Assembly: GCA_041665885.1 (NCBI GenBank)
Contig: JBAYHY010000001.1
Location: 5,715-69,714, forward strand
Length of the DNA: 64,000 bases
DNA from: Minisyncoccota bacterium
GTDB taxonomy: Bacteria > Patescibacteriota > Minisyncoccia > Phycocordibacterales > UBA9973
Reading direction: 5' to 3'
The position numbers and the translations under genes are program-made. Every line of letters begins with the position of its first letter. Position 1 is the stretch's first letter. Positions 17,389 through 26,500 of the stretch are shown in pieces. A model generated the notes under the pieces. It was not told where the DNA came from, ran no database searches, and was given only the letters and a program-made list of their open reading frames with translations.

Positions 17389-17394
17389 CCACAC

Positions 17395-17422
17395 AGTATA
17401 GCACTACTACAAAAAATGTCAA
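17395..17422 (-). promoter_or_regulatory. Consensus sigma70-like promoter (TTGACA-16-TATACT) driving the GC-rich RNA candidate
   Basis: The -35 and -10 hexamers are seen directly as complements of tgtcaa (17417-17422) and agtata (17395-17400). Confidence 0.6.
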
Positions 17423-17490
17423 GCAATCCCCTTTTTTATTTATTAATGCAATTATCTTGCAACCAGGCGGGTATTATCACTCCTTTTTGC

Positions 17491-18456
17491 CTATATAATC
17501 GCATTGAATAGATATCCCGTAAGAATAATCCCGGTAGCCACTATCCCGGCGAAAATCAAAATCAATTTAATCTTCATTACTTTCTTTAAAATCATAAACT
17601 CCGGCAAAGATAAGGCGGTCACGGACATCATAAATGCAAGCGTAGTTCCGACTGAAACTCCCTTTTCAGTCAAAGCGGAAACAAGCGGGATAACTCCAGC
17701 AGCATTCGAATATAAAGGAATACCGATAAGCACAGCGAGCGGCACTGCATACCATTTATCACTTCCGGCATATTGGGCCAAAAAATCAGCCGGAACATAG
17801 CCATGTATCCAGGCTCCGATTCCAATCCCGATTAAAATATATATCCAAACTTTTTTCAATATATCCAGAGTGTACTCTTTTGCATAAGCGATTCTTTCCT
17901 TTCCCGTCATTGTCGGTAGGTCGATATTCCCATTCAATGTATTTTGATAGACAAAGGGTTCAACCAAGCCCTCTACCTTCATTTTACCGATAATTATTCC
18001 TGAGAGAATGGCAATAATAAGTCCACTGACTATATACATGAGAGCGATTTTCCAGCCAAACATTCCGAGAAGTAAAACAAGTGCCACCTCATTTATCATC
18101 GGAGAAGCGATAAGGAATGAAAATGTAGTTCCAAGAGGAACACCTGCTTGAACAAATCCTAAAAATAGTGGGATGGCGGAACAAGAGCAAAAGGGAGTAA
18201 TAATTCCTAGAAGTGAAGCAATCACATTCCCCAGGTACTTATTTTTGTGAGATAAAATCGCTCGTATTTTCTCCGGTGGTAAATATGAGCGAATGATAGA
18301 AACAAGGAAAATAATAACAGCTAGTAAAATAAATATTTTAAGTGTGTCAAAAATAAAAAAATTAACGGCGCCCGCTAAAAGAGTTTTGGGAGTAATATTA
18401 AAAACCGCATAGGTCAACCAGTCAGCAAATAATTGAATGGGATAAAAAATGCTCAT
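17491..18456 (-). CDS. DUF318/ArsP-family permease (TPFCSCS motif)
   Basis: 321 aa polytopic protein with the ITPFCSCSAIP motif characteristic of the ArsP/PF03773 family. Confidence 0.7.
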   Translation of the reverse strand: MSIFYPIQLFADWLTYAVFNITPKTLLAGAVNFFIFDTLKIFILLAVIIFLVSIIRSYLPPEKIRAILSHKNKYLGNVIASLLGIITPFCSCSAIPLFLGFVQAGVPLGTTFSFLIASPMINEVALVLLLGMFGWKIALMYIVSGLIIAILSGIIIGKMKVEGLVEPFVYQNTLNGNIDLPTMTGKERIAYAKEYTLDILKKVWIYILIGIGIGAWIHGYVPADFLAQYAGSDKWYAVPLAVLIGIPLYSNAAGVIPLVSALTEKGVSVGTTLAFMMSVTALSLPEFMILKKVMKIKLILIFAGIVATGIILTGYLFNAII

Positions 18457-18458
18457 AA

Positions 18459-18698
18459 TTACATATTTTCTTCTATTATTTTTTTGATTTTTTCAATATC
18501 CGAAGTAAAGCCAACCAAAACCGGTTTTTCATTTATCACCAAAACGGGACTCTGCATCAAACCCATGGCAATAATCTTTTGCACGTCGGTAATGTATTCA
18601 ACATTTTCTTTTAAGCCCAAAGTGGCAACCGCCTTTTGAGTAATTTCAAACAACTTTTTACATGTTGCGCACCCCGAACCCAATACTTGTATTTTCAT
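18459..18698 (-). CDS. Thioredoxin-fold redox-active disulfide protein 2 (CxxC)
   Basis: 79 aa with a GCATC motif. This family is commonly paired with PF03773 permeases. Confidence 0.7.
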   Translation of the reverse strand: MKIQVLGSGCATCKKLFEITQKAVATLGLKENVEYITDVQKIIAMGLMQSPVLVINEKPVLVGFTSDIEKIKKIIEENM

Positions 18699-18885
18699 AT
18701 AATTTATTTTGTTAGTTCTGACCTCGCGACGCTTAAACAGTTTAGCATATATTTAAAATGAATTTACTAAACAAAAATTACATTAATTATTTTCAAAAAA
18801 ATTAATTTGACTTTTCCCATGTGTGTTATATATTGATAAATGAATTGTTCTGGCGGGGATTACACTATTTGGATAGGAGGCTCGA

Positions 18886-19134
18886 ATGAACACAACCACG
18901 GGAAACATCGTTGTGTGCGTCGTTGAAACAAGAAGACTGGTTAATCTTTTGTCCTTGGTTAGAAAATCAAACTCCGGGTCTTTTGATCTCATCAGCCAAT
19001 CCCTCGATAGGAACCTCAAGGTCATCGAGGAAAAACTCAAAGAAATACAGATGGCAAACATGAGAACCAGAGCCTTCTACGTCGACAAGGCCATTAAAGA
19101 GAACGTTGAATTTGAGTCAAAAGATACCTTCTAG
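18886..19134 (+). CDS. Hypothetical small protein
   Basis: 82 aa with a strong SD (AGGAGG-N5-ATG), a TTGACT-type promoter upstream (18818-18848), and an intrinsic terminator downstream. Confidence 0.45.
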   Translation: MNTTTGNIVVCVVETRRLVNLLSLVRKSNSGSFDLISQSLDRNLKVIEEKLKEIQMANMRTRAFYVDKAIKENVEFESKDTF

Positions 19135-19165
19135 GGCCAGTCTGGGCAAATAATCAGAAAACACA

Positions 19166-19191
19166 GGGAGGCCATGTGCCTCCCTTTTTTT
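19166..19191 (+). terminator. Intrinsic terminator GGGAGGC-catgt-GCCTCCC + T7
   Basis: Seen directly. It may act bidirectionally for the convergent gene at 19211-19858. Confidence 0.7.
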
Positions 19192-19210
19192 ATAAAAACT
19201 AAAATTTAAA

Positions 19211-19858
19211 TTACTTCGCCAAGTATGCCTTCAACAATATCATCAGGGTGACAATTATTGTTACGATTAAAATATTTATAGTTTTAGATTTTGGTGATTT
19301 ATTGCCTCTTTGCATGATAAAAATATCCTCACCTCCTGCCCGAACAGTGTGTATGGGCATTTCTATCCCCCGCTCAAGCATTTTTCCCCTGACAACTTCA
19401 CTAATCTTATGGTCTAAATGCCCGGCTTTAAGCATTTCAACAAAAACAGGATAGCGGGAAATATATTTGTTGGGATTTTTTAAATAATCAATAGCTGTTC
19501 TCGTTATAATTTCTGTATTTATATATTCATCTACTAAATAATCAATGGCACCAAGCTTGATTCCCATGTCGATATCTTCAACTGTGCTTTTTCTATTCTC
19601 AAAGACAACCGGAATATTTTTGGTGCGGGCATCAGCTTTTAGCAAACGAAGCGCCTCAAAACCACTTCTGCCGGGCAGGACAATATATAGATAAATCATA
19701 TCCGGCATTATCCCCACCACTTTTTCAACAAAATTATTGTTGGCATCCTCAAGCGAATAGACGTCAAAATTATCTTGCCTTAGGCGCAGAGAATAACTCT
19801 CCAAGAGGAAACTATATCCGCTGACAAAAAGTATTTTCTTCTTTTTCATCGCCTTCAT
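19211..19858 (-). CDS. Atypical (pseudo-)receiver domain protein with C-terminal TM anchor
   Basis: The N-terminal CheY-like fold (KILFV...PDMIYLYIVLPG...IPVVF...GAIDYL) has a Tyr in place of the phospho-acceptor Asp and SG in place of the acidic pair. A hydrophobic segment (ILIVTIIVTLMILL) follows at the C-terminus. Confidence 0.5.
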   Translation of the reverse strand: MKAMKKKKILFVSGYSFLLESYSLRLRQDNFDVYSLEDANNNFVEKVVGIMPDMIYLYIVLPGRSGFEALRLLKADARTKNIPVVFENRKSTVEDIDMGIKLGAIDYLVDEYINTEIITRTAIDYLKNPNKYISRYPVFVEMLKAGHLDHKISEVVRGKMLERGIEMPIHTVRAGGEDIFIMQRGNKSPKSKTINILIVTIIVTLMILLKAYLAK

Positions 19859-19860
19859 AA

Positions 19861-20682
19861 TTATATTGTAATATTTATTTCAGCTCTCTCCAAAAAACCA
19901 GAAAAGGTTTCGGACATTATTTTTACCGCATTGTGGACAGTATTGTGATCTACGCCGGGAATACTGACAAATTTAGAATTTTTTATCTCTTTAGACATTC
20001 TAATAGCATTTCTCATTGGTATCAATGTATCTTTCTCCCCATGCATTATGAGCGTCGGCACATTTATTTTTTCAAGAGCATAGTCTTCCCGGCAAAGAAA
20101 AGATTGCCGAAGAGCAAAAAAATGAACACGAAAAGAAGTATTCCTCATGTCGGCAAAGTTCCTTCCGATGTCCCAATCTGTAGAATTGATGTGCTTGGTA
20201 TAATCCACATGCCCACGAGGCCTAGGATCAAACGGAAAAATACCGATAATCATACTGACTAATTTAAGAACAGGCAAAGCAACTTTTGCCAATATCCCTT
20301 CTCCTAAATATACTTCCGGTGAAGTAAAAATATTAGCGACCACTGTGTCTCTCCGAATTTTAAGATATTCGAGGGCTATTAGTGCGGCAAAAGAATTGCT
20401 AATCAAAACAAATTTAGAAATCTTCAAATAAGACACGAGAGCATCTAAATCATTAACGAAATTCTCTACCTCATAGTCCTCAAAATTAGAATACTTTTTC
20501 GACATTCCGTGACCACGAATATCATAGGTTAAAATATTATATTTATTTTCAAATATTTTCTCATACGGTAACCAAGCAGAAGAAGAGCCTGAAATTCCAT
20601 GCACAAATACCAAAGTCAATCTATCGGGCTTAAATTCATTCGTCCTGTAGTAAATCTCGTCATTTAAATAATACTCTTTCAT
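19861..20682 (-). CDS. Alpha/beta-fold hydrolase
   Basis: 273 aa with an HGxxxS-type motif (VFVHGISGS), a nucleophile elbow (ISNSFAA), and a C-terminal His. Confidence 0.7.
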   Translation of the reverse strand: MKEYYLNDEIYYRTNEFKPDRLTLVFVHGISGSSSAWLPYEKIFENKYNILTYDIRGHGMSKKYSNFEDYEVENFVNDLDALVSYLKISKFVLISNSFAALIALEYLKIRRDTVVANIFTSPEVYLGEGILAKVALPVLKLVSMIIGIFPFDPRPRGHVDYTKHINSTDWDIGRNFADMRNTSFRVHFFALRQSFLCREDYALEKINVPTLIMHGEKDTLIPMRNAIRMSKEIKNSKFVSIPGVDHNTVHNAVKIMSETFSGFLERAEINITI

Positions 20683-20749
20683 TTAAATAATATAACACAT
20701 GCTCGTTTTTATGCTATGATTTGAATTATTATATTTAAAGTTAAATTTT

Positions 20750-21148
20750 ATGCTAAAAGAATTTAAACAATTTTTGCTTCGTGGAAATGTTATTGACCTC
20801 GCAGTCGGTGTCGTAATCGGCGCTGCTTTTGGGGCGGTCGTCACCGCCCTAGTGTCCGACATCCTTACTCCGTTTATCGCAGCCATAGCGAAAGTGCCGG
20901 ACTTTAGCAACCTTACTTTTACAGTAAACGGAAGCAAATTCATGTTGGGCCATTTTATTAACGCCCTAATTTCATTCATCCTGGTTGCTTCCGCTGTATT
21001 CTTCTTTGTAATTAAACCGATAAATATGCTCGTGGCGCGTAATAAAAAAGGTCCACCGATAGATCCGACAACGAGAGACTGCCCTGAATGTTTAAGCGAA
21101 ATACCGATAAAGGCAAAGCGATGCTCGCACTGCGCTCAAGTGGTTTAA
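20750..21148 (+). CDS. mscL: Large-conductance mechanosensitive channel MscL with C-terminal Cys4 zinc-ribbon extension
   Basis: The MscL N-terminus and TM1 (MLKEFKQFLLRGNVIDLAVGVVIGAAFG) are present. The C-terminus reads CPECLSEIPIKAKRCSHC. Confidence 0.85.
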   Translation: MLKEFKQFLLRGNVIDLAVGVVIGAAFGAVVTALVSDILTPFIAAIAKVPDFSNLTFTVNGSKFMLGHFINALISFILVASAVFFFVIKPINMLVARNKKGPPIDPTTRDCPECLSEIPIKAKRCSHCAQVV

Positions 21149-21163
21149 TCATTAAATAATTTA

Positions 21164-21409
21164 ATGAAAAAAACAAAAAAAATTATTATTTTTACTGTTG
21201 GGATTTTTTTTATAATTTTGGGGCTCCTCGGCCTAGTACTTCCTTTTTTACAAGGTATTCTTTTTTTGATTATCGGAATTTTTCTTTTATCTTTTAGTTT
21301 TCCGAAATTCAGAAATTGGATTCAAAATAAAGCTGAAAAATCCTCCTCCTCTCTAAAAATAATAAAAAAAATCGAAAAATGGATTGAAATTATTTTAGGA
21401 GAGGTTTAG
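21164..21409 (+). CDS. DUF454 (YbaN-like) small inner-membrane protein
   Basis: 81 aa. The LGLLGLVLPFLQGILFLIIG pattern resembles the DUF454 LGxxGxxLPxLP core. Confidence 0.5.
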   Translation: MKKTKKIIIFTVGIFFIILGLLGLVLPFLQGILFLIIGIFLLSFSFPKFRNWIQNKAEKSSSSLKIIKKIEKWIEIILGEV

Positions 21410-21450
21410 TCCAACTTGACTATCATTGACATTTTTGATAATCTTCATTA

Positions 21451-22746
21451 TTATTTTTTCCTTTTCCATTCCTCGTCCTGGCGGACCAAGAATTTTTCTT
21501 TATTTTCAGAATCTTCGAGAATTGCTTCTACCACCCGCTCCATTCGCATTCCCTGTGAGCCCTTAATCAAAATGACGTCATTTTTTTGGATAAATGTTTT
21601 TATAAAATTTCCCGTTTCTGTTGAATTTGAAAATTCAAAAATATTTTCTCCCGCCATACCGAAATCGATCGCACCTTCTTTTATAGATTTTGCCCGCGGT
21701 CCGACGACGACGAGCACCTTCGCATTTTCCCTAGCGATTTTTCCAATATTTTTATGCGCCTCGACGGTGTGCTTACCAAGTTCTAGCATATCGCCCAAAA
21801 TAGCAATTTTTCTACCCTCGGACTTAACCTCGTGTAGAGTTTTAAGCGCAAACTCGCAGGCAAGCGGAGAAGAATTATAGGTATCATCAATAATATAAGT
21901 TTCCATAATTCCCCGAAGTAGTCGCATCCTTCCGGGAGGAACATCATAATTTTTAAGAGCATTTATCGCTGTCACCATGTTAAATTTTAGTCCAGAGGAT
22001 AAAGCCAATGCGGCCAGAGAGGCATAAACATGATTCCTGCCGAACACTCCCTCGATAGTAACCGGCATACTGCTACCCTCCTCGTCTGCTCTGAAAATTA
22101 TTCCTTCCGGCTCATTTTTGTCATTATATAAAATAGTATCACCAGACCCTATAATATTCGCCTCCCTGGAAAATCCAAATGTTATGAGACGATGCTTATC
22201 TTTTGCTTTCATTCCGAGCACCGCTTCATCATCGGCATTTAATACCAAGAGCCCATCGGGTTTTAGTGTTTTGATAAGTTGACTTTTTTCATCTACCAGA
22301 TGTTTATATGAATTAAAAAATTCTATATGCGCCGGAGTTTCTCCGATTGCGGTCACGATAACTGCATCAGTCTTAAGCCAGGCTGCGGTGTTTTTCATGT
22401 CATTTGGTTTACCTATACCAACTTCGAGCACTAGCCAGGCGGGATATTCATGTGGCCAAATAAATAACCAAAAACCCTTCAGGATGTTCTCAAACCATAT
22501 TACCGGATTATTCCAACCGTTTGGACACGCTAAAATAGTAAGAGGCAAACCTATTTCACTATTAAAACTTTTTTCACTTTTACGAACATATGCGATCTTC
22601 GAAAGCACCGCATAAACAGCATCCTTTGTGGAGGTCTTCCCGACAGAACCAGTAATCGCAATAATTTTGGGCTTATATTTCCACAATACGAGTCGTGACT
22701 CGATTTTTAGAATATAAGCTACGATTTTTTTTAAATTTGTTTTCAT
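21451..22746 (-). CDS. murF: UDP-N-acetylmuramoyl-tripeptide--D-alanyl-D-alanine ligase
   Basis: Mur ligase motifs are present (ITGSVGKTSTK, DTYNSSP). The start was set at the internal Met (MKTNLKK) to avoid overlapping ftsI; the track ORF extends to 22776. Confidence 0.85.
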   Translation of the reverse strand: MKTNLKKIVAYILKIESRLVLWKYKPKIIAITGSVGKTSTKDAVYAVLSKIAYVRKSEKSFNSEIGLPLTILACPNGWNNPVIWFENILKGFWLFIWPHEYPAWLVLEVGIGKPNDMKNTAAWLKTDAVIVTAIGETPAHIEFFNSYKHLVDEKSQLIKTLKPDGLLVLNADDEAVLGMKAKDKHRLITFGFSREANIIGSGDTILYNDKNEPEGIIFRADEEGSSMPVTIEGVFGRNHVYASLAALALSSGLKFNMVTAINALKNYDVPPGRMRLLRGIMETYIIDDTYNSSPLACEFALKTLHEVKSEGRKIAILGDMLELGKHTVEAHKNIGKIARENAKVLVVVGPRAKSIKEGAIDFGMAGENIFEFSNSTETGNFIKTFIQKNDVILIKGSQGMRMERVVEAILEDSENKEKFLVRQDEEWKRKK

Positions 22747-22756
22747 ATGATAAGCC

Positions 22757-24472
22757 TCATCTATCCGGCGGAACATTGTAATAATTCAACAAAAATTTAG
22801 TAATATCCAAAAATGGATCCGTCCAAGTAGTAGACGCATAGGGCACCCCTTTAGGATTTATGGCATAAAGAAAAACAATAAATTTGGGATTATAAGCTGG
22901 AAAATATCCGAAGAAGGAATGATTGTGCCTATCTGCATAATATCCTCCGTTCACATTATCCGCAACCTGCGCTGTCCCGGTCTTTACGGCGACGCTAAAA
23001 TGGTCCAACTTTTTTGCCCCCTCGGAAATTCCTTTGTCCAAGACATTCACCAACATTCTGGTTATCTCCTGGGATGTTTCCTTTGAAATTTTTGTAGGAG
23101 TTGTAGGATAAGTCATTATTTTTGACAGACCAGTGTCATATTTTATTTCCTTCACAACATGTGGCACGACCAAATTCCCTCCATTCCCGAGTGAGGCAAG
23201 CGCCCGCACTAATTCGATCGGAGTAAAGGCGACCCCCTGGCCAAAAGCCGCGTTGGCGTATTCAATTTCGCGAGGACTATTTAATATGCCAGACACGAGA
23301 CCACTCGTCTCATTCGGTAAATCAATTCCGGTTTTATTTTTAAGGCCATATGATAACAAATAATCACGTAATTTTGTTTTTCCTAATTTTTGTTCTACAA
23401 AAACCATCCCCGTATTCAACGATTGGCTCAATACTTCTTGCATGCTCGTACCGGGGCCCCTGCCCTTTTTGTCAAAATTAAATATCTCGTGTTTTTCAAC
23501 CATAACAGAACCCTTGTCATTATAAGTAGTGTCAGCCGTGACAACTCCCTCATTCAAAGCCCCCGCCATTATTAATGGTTTTACCACCGAGCCAAACTCT
23601 AAAACATTTTCTACCAACGAATTTGTAAAAATAGATACTGAATCCACCTGAGAATAATTATTCGGATCAAAATCCGGCTTTACTGACATGGCATAGAGTG
23701 AGCCATCTGTCGGATTCATAATTATTCCACCCACAGAATCAATCTGATATCTATTTTTTACTTCATTCAACTTTTTTTCCAAAAAACCCTGCACCTGAGG
23801 TTCAATGGTGGTCACAATATCCCCTTCCGGTGCAACATTTTCAAACAAACTTTTTTTAACATTGGAAAAAACTTCAGCAAAAAAATTGATATACGGGTTA
23901 TCCACGTTCCGGGCGAGCAGTGAATTATATTGTTTCTCCAAACCATATCGTCCGCTCAATTCATCCCCACTGAAACCGACAAAACCCAAAATATGCGAAG
24001 CGAGATTGCCACCGGAATAAAAACGCCACTTTTCTTTAAAAATACTTACCCCGGGCAATTTTAATTTTGAAATGACATCAGCTTTTTCTTTGGTAAGTTC
24101 ATGGGCTATCTCTTCATACGGATCATTTTTTTGTCCCGCCTTCCCGATAAAATAATCATGATCTAAAACTATAATTTTTGACAGTTTTTGAAAGGTATCC
24201 TCCGCATCAATGATCTTCCCGGCATTGATCGCCACCTTAAAACCGGCAATCTGCGTCGCAGCTGAAATCAACGCTCCATCCTTACGCTCAAAATATATTG
24301 TGCCTCTTTCGTAAATATTCGTGGCTGGTGTGGCATACTGACGATTGGCGGTTTCGGAATAAACATTCCCTCGTACGACTTGCACCCAAAAAAGCCTTCC
24401 GAGAAGGATTAAAGCAAAAGCAATAATAAATATAATAATTATTCTGGATCTGAGAAGAAAACTAGATTTCAT
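22757..24472 (-). CDS. ftsI: Peptidoglycan D,D-transpeptidase FtsI (class B penicillin-binding protein)
   Basis: 571 aa with an N-terminal TM, a PBP dimerisation domain, and a transpeptidase domain (SxxK-type SVVKP, SLN, KTGT). Confidence 0.9.
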   Translation of the reverse strand: MKSSFLLRSRIIIIFIIAFALILLGRLFWVQVVRGNVYSETANRQYATPATNIYERGTIYFERKDGALISAATQIAGFKVAINAGKIIDAEDTFQKLSKIIVLDHDYFIGKAGQKNDPYEEIAHELTKEKADVISKLKLPGVSIFKEKWRFYSGGNLASHILGFVGFSGDELSGRYGLEKQYNSLLARNVDNPYINFFAEVFSNVKKSLFENVAPEGDIVTTIEPQVQGFLEKKLNEVKNRYQIDSVGGIIMNPTDGSLYAMSVKPDFDPNNYSQVDSVSIFTNSLVENVLEFGSVVKPLIMAGALNEGVVTADTTYNDKGSVMVEKHEIFNFDKKGRGPGTSMQEVLSQSLNTGMVFVEQKLGKTKLRDYLLSYGLKNKTGIDLPNETSGLVSGILNSPREIEYANAAFGQGVAFTPIELVRALASLGNGGNLVVPHVVKEIKYDTGLSKIMTYPTTPTKISKETSQEITRMLVNVLDKGISEGAKKLDHFSVAVKTGTAQVADNVNGGYYADRHNHSFFGYFPAYNPKFIVFLYAINPKGVPYASTTWTDPFLDITKFLLNYYNVPPDR

Positions 24473-24818
24473 TGTTCGTTGTTTTTATCTGGCCGAGGGC
24501 TTTTCGAGTAGCGAAGGTTGCCTTCGCTTCCCTAAACCCCATAGAAGCAGAAAGGTCCATATCCACACTATTGGAAACATTGAGGTATGCTAGCTCTAGT
24601 CCACCCACTTCACTTGTTAAAGTTAGCATTTCCTTTTCTAGGGCCTTCCTCTCCACAATATCAAAAACCATATTTCCTAAAATCAAAACATACAAGAAAG
24701 CGAGCCCAGCCAAAGTTGCGAGCATGGTGTTCAAAATAACTCTTGGAGCTTCAAAATTACTGTTCGTGATATTTACATTTTTGATTCTGCTTTTCAGTTG
24801 TAATGTAGCTTGTCTCAT
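24462..24818 (-). CDS. ftsL: Cell division protein FtsL-like
   Basis: 118 aa single-TM protein located between rsmH and ftsI in the dcw cluster. Confidence 0.6.
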   Translation of the reverse strand: MRQATLQLKSRIKNVNITNSNFEAPRVILNTMLATLAGLAFLYVLILGNMVFDIVERKALEKEMLTLTSEVGGLELAYLNVSNSVDMDLSASMGFREAKATFATRKALGQIKTTNNEI

Positions 24819-25693
24819 GATTTTTCTATAATTCTCAACTTTGCGCTCCTGGACCTTGGATTATTTTTTATTTCTGACTCTTCCGCTTTTATTGGCTTTT
24901 TATTTATTAAAAATGCTAATCCCATTTTTTCTTTCTCTTTAAAAAATCTCTTGGTGATTCTGTCTTCCAAACTATGAAAAGAAATCACCGTCATTCTTCC
25001 TCCCCCCTTCAGTCTTTCAAATCCTTTTTCTAAACCCTTTTGAAGAACTCCCAACTCATCATTCACCGCGATTCGTAATGCTTGAAAGGTCCTTGTGGCA
25101 AAATGAATTCTCCCCCTCCTATATACTCCTGGCACTGCCCCCTCAATTATTTTTACTAAATCCTGGGTAGTATTTATCTTTGCGTTTTCCCTGGCTATTA
25201 CAATCGCTCGGGCTATTCTTCTTGAATATTTTTCTTCTCCATAACCATAAATGATATCCGCTAAATTTTTCTCCTCCCAAGTATTCACGATATCTTCCGC
25301 AGTGACATCTTCCGAAGAAGGATTTTCCTTCATGGTCATGAGTAGTGGTTCATCCTTCATAAAAGAAAATCCTCGTCCGGAATTCTCCAACTGGTCTGAA
25401 CTCAAACCAAGGTCAAAGATTATTCCATCCACTTTTTCATTACCCAAAACTTTGTCCAAATCGGAAAAATTTTCGTTGAAAAATGAAATCCTTATATCGT
25501 TTTGTTTCCACACGTTCTTGTCTTGATCTAAGGCAATGATTTTTACTTTTGGAAATCTTTTTAGGATTTCAATGCTGTGCCCTCCTCCTCCAAAAGTGCA
25601 GTCGAGAACAACGAGTTTCTCCTTCCCCGCCTTCTGCGGGGCAAGCAAACCTTCTATTGTTTCATTTAAAAGAACTGTCTTGTGAATACTCAT
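24815..25693 (-). CDS. rsmH: 16S rRNA (cytosine1402-N4)-methyltransferase RsmH (MraW)
   Basis: The HKTVLLNE start, DCTFGGGGHS SAM motif and GLSSDQL motif are present. Confidence 0.9.
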   Translation of the reverse strand: MSIHKTVLLNETIEGLLAPQKAGKEKLVVLDCTFGGGGHSIEILKRFPKVKIIALDQDKNVWKQNDIRISFFNENFSDLDKVLGNEKVDGIIFDLGLSSDQLENSGRGFSFMKDEPLLMTMKENPSSEDVTAEDIVNTWEEKNLADIIYGYGEEKYSRRIARAIVIARENAKINTTQDLVKIIEGAVPGVYRRGRIHFATRTFQALRIAVNDELGVLQKGLEKGFERLKGGGRMTVISFHSLEDRITKRFFKEKEKMGLAFLINKKPIKAEESEIKNNPRSRSAKLRIIEKS

Positions 25694-26118
25694 AACCTTT
25701 CTGCTAATTCTCCCGCCTGCTTTTCAACCAATTCTTGATTCTTTAACCATTCTTTGTCGTTCCAAATTTCCACCCTATCCTCTACTCCGATAATCGCCGC
25801 CTTGTCTTTGAGTCCAATTCTATCTTTCAAAAAATCAGGGATTAACATTCTGCCAATCGAATCTATTTCTACTTCCGCTGCCCGGCCAAACATGTATCGA
25901 TTGAAACTTCTTTGATCCGCCTTTAGAAAAGACAAGTCATTGTTACTGTTGGAAAGTCTCTCTTTTACCTTCACCCATTCCTTGGAGGTGAAAACGAACA
26001 AACAAGAATCGAGTCCGGGGGTAATAATAATTTTCTTGCCCATTTCTTTTCGGAATTTTACCGGAAGCGAAATGCGATTTTTTTCATCTATGGTGTGTAT
26101 GTATTCGCCGATGAGCAT
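25690..26118 (-). CDS. mraZ: Transcriptional regulator MraZ
   Basis: 142 aa. The duplicated MraZ fold shows DEKNRISLP and IDSIGRMLIP motifs. Confidence 0.9.
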   Translation of the reverse strand: MLIGEYIHTIDEKNRISLPVKFRKEMGKKIIITPGLDSCLFVFTSKEWVKVKERLSNSNNDLSFLKADQRSFNRYMFGRAAEVEIDSIGRMLIPDFLKDRIGLKDKAAIIGVEDRVEIWNDKEWLKNQELVEKQAGELAERL

Positions 26119-26158
26119 TTTAATTACGAAAATTATTAAAATTACTTATAAACAGATT

Positions 26159-26200
26159 TCCCACTTTTTCCCACTTAGTTAACATTATAAACCACTGTTA
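26159..26200 (-). promoter_or_regulatory. Putative MraZ operator: direct GTGGG/GTGGT repeats with ~10-bp periodicity upstream of mraZ
   Basis: The minus strand reads GTGGT-(21)-GTGGGaaaaaGTGGG (complements of 26192-26196, 26171-26175, 26161-26165). This matches the known GTGG[GT] direct-repeat architecture of MraZ boxes. Confidence 0.5.
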
Positions 26201-26300
26201 AAAATAACACCAAGCCAAATATGTGGATAACTCTAGCCCCGCCTAAAATTGACTAATATCATGAAATATGGCATATTCCATATCGGAAAGGAGGCGTTCG

Positions 26301-26498
26301 ATGAAAACACCGATTCTGGCTACCGGATGGGAAGAAGGAAAGGATATACACACGGTGGTAAAACACTTCGGAAACCGTGTCTCGCACCTTGGGACTACCA
26401 ACCACCCCTCCCATTTTGATCTCATGGACTGCACAGATGAGGACATTCAAAAGCTCAAGAAGATCGGCGTCACTGCGACAATAATCAAAGGGAGCTAG
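26301..26498 (+). CDS. Hypothetical small protein
   Basis: 65 aa from the ATG preceded by AGGAGG (MKTPILATGWEEG...). GC is elevated. The track ORF starts earlier, at 26268. Confidence 0.45.
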   Translation: MKTPILATGWEEGKDIHTVVKHFGNRVSHLGTTNHPSHFDLMDCTDEDIQKLKKIGVTATIIKGS

Positions 26499-26500
26499 CT

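Noticed and set aside
16980-17511. ORFs of 73-88 aa on both strands within the GC-rich RNA region (16980-17216, 17158-17394, 17180-17401, 17245-17511)
   Set aside because: They are mutually overlapping, Arg/Pro/Ala-rich low-complexity translations typical of GC-rich non-coding sequence. Only a 42-aa SD-preceded frame is noted, as unlikely.
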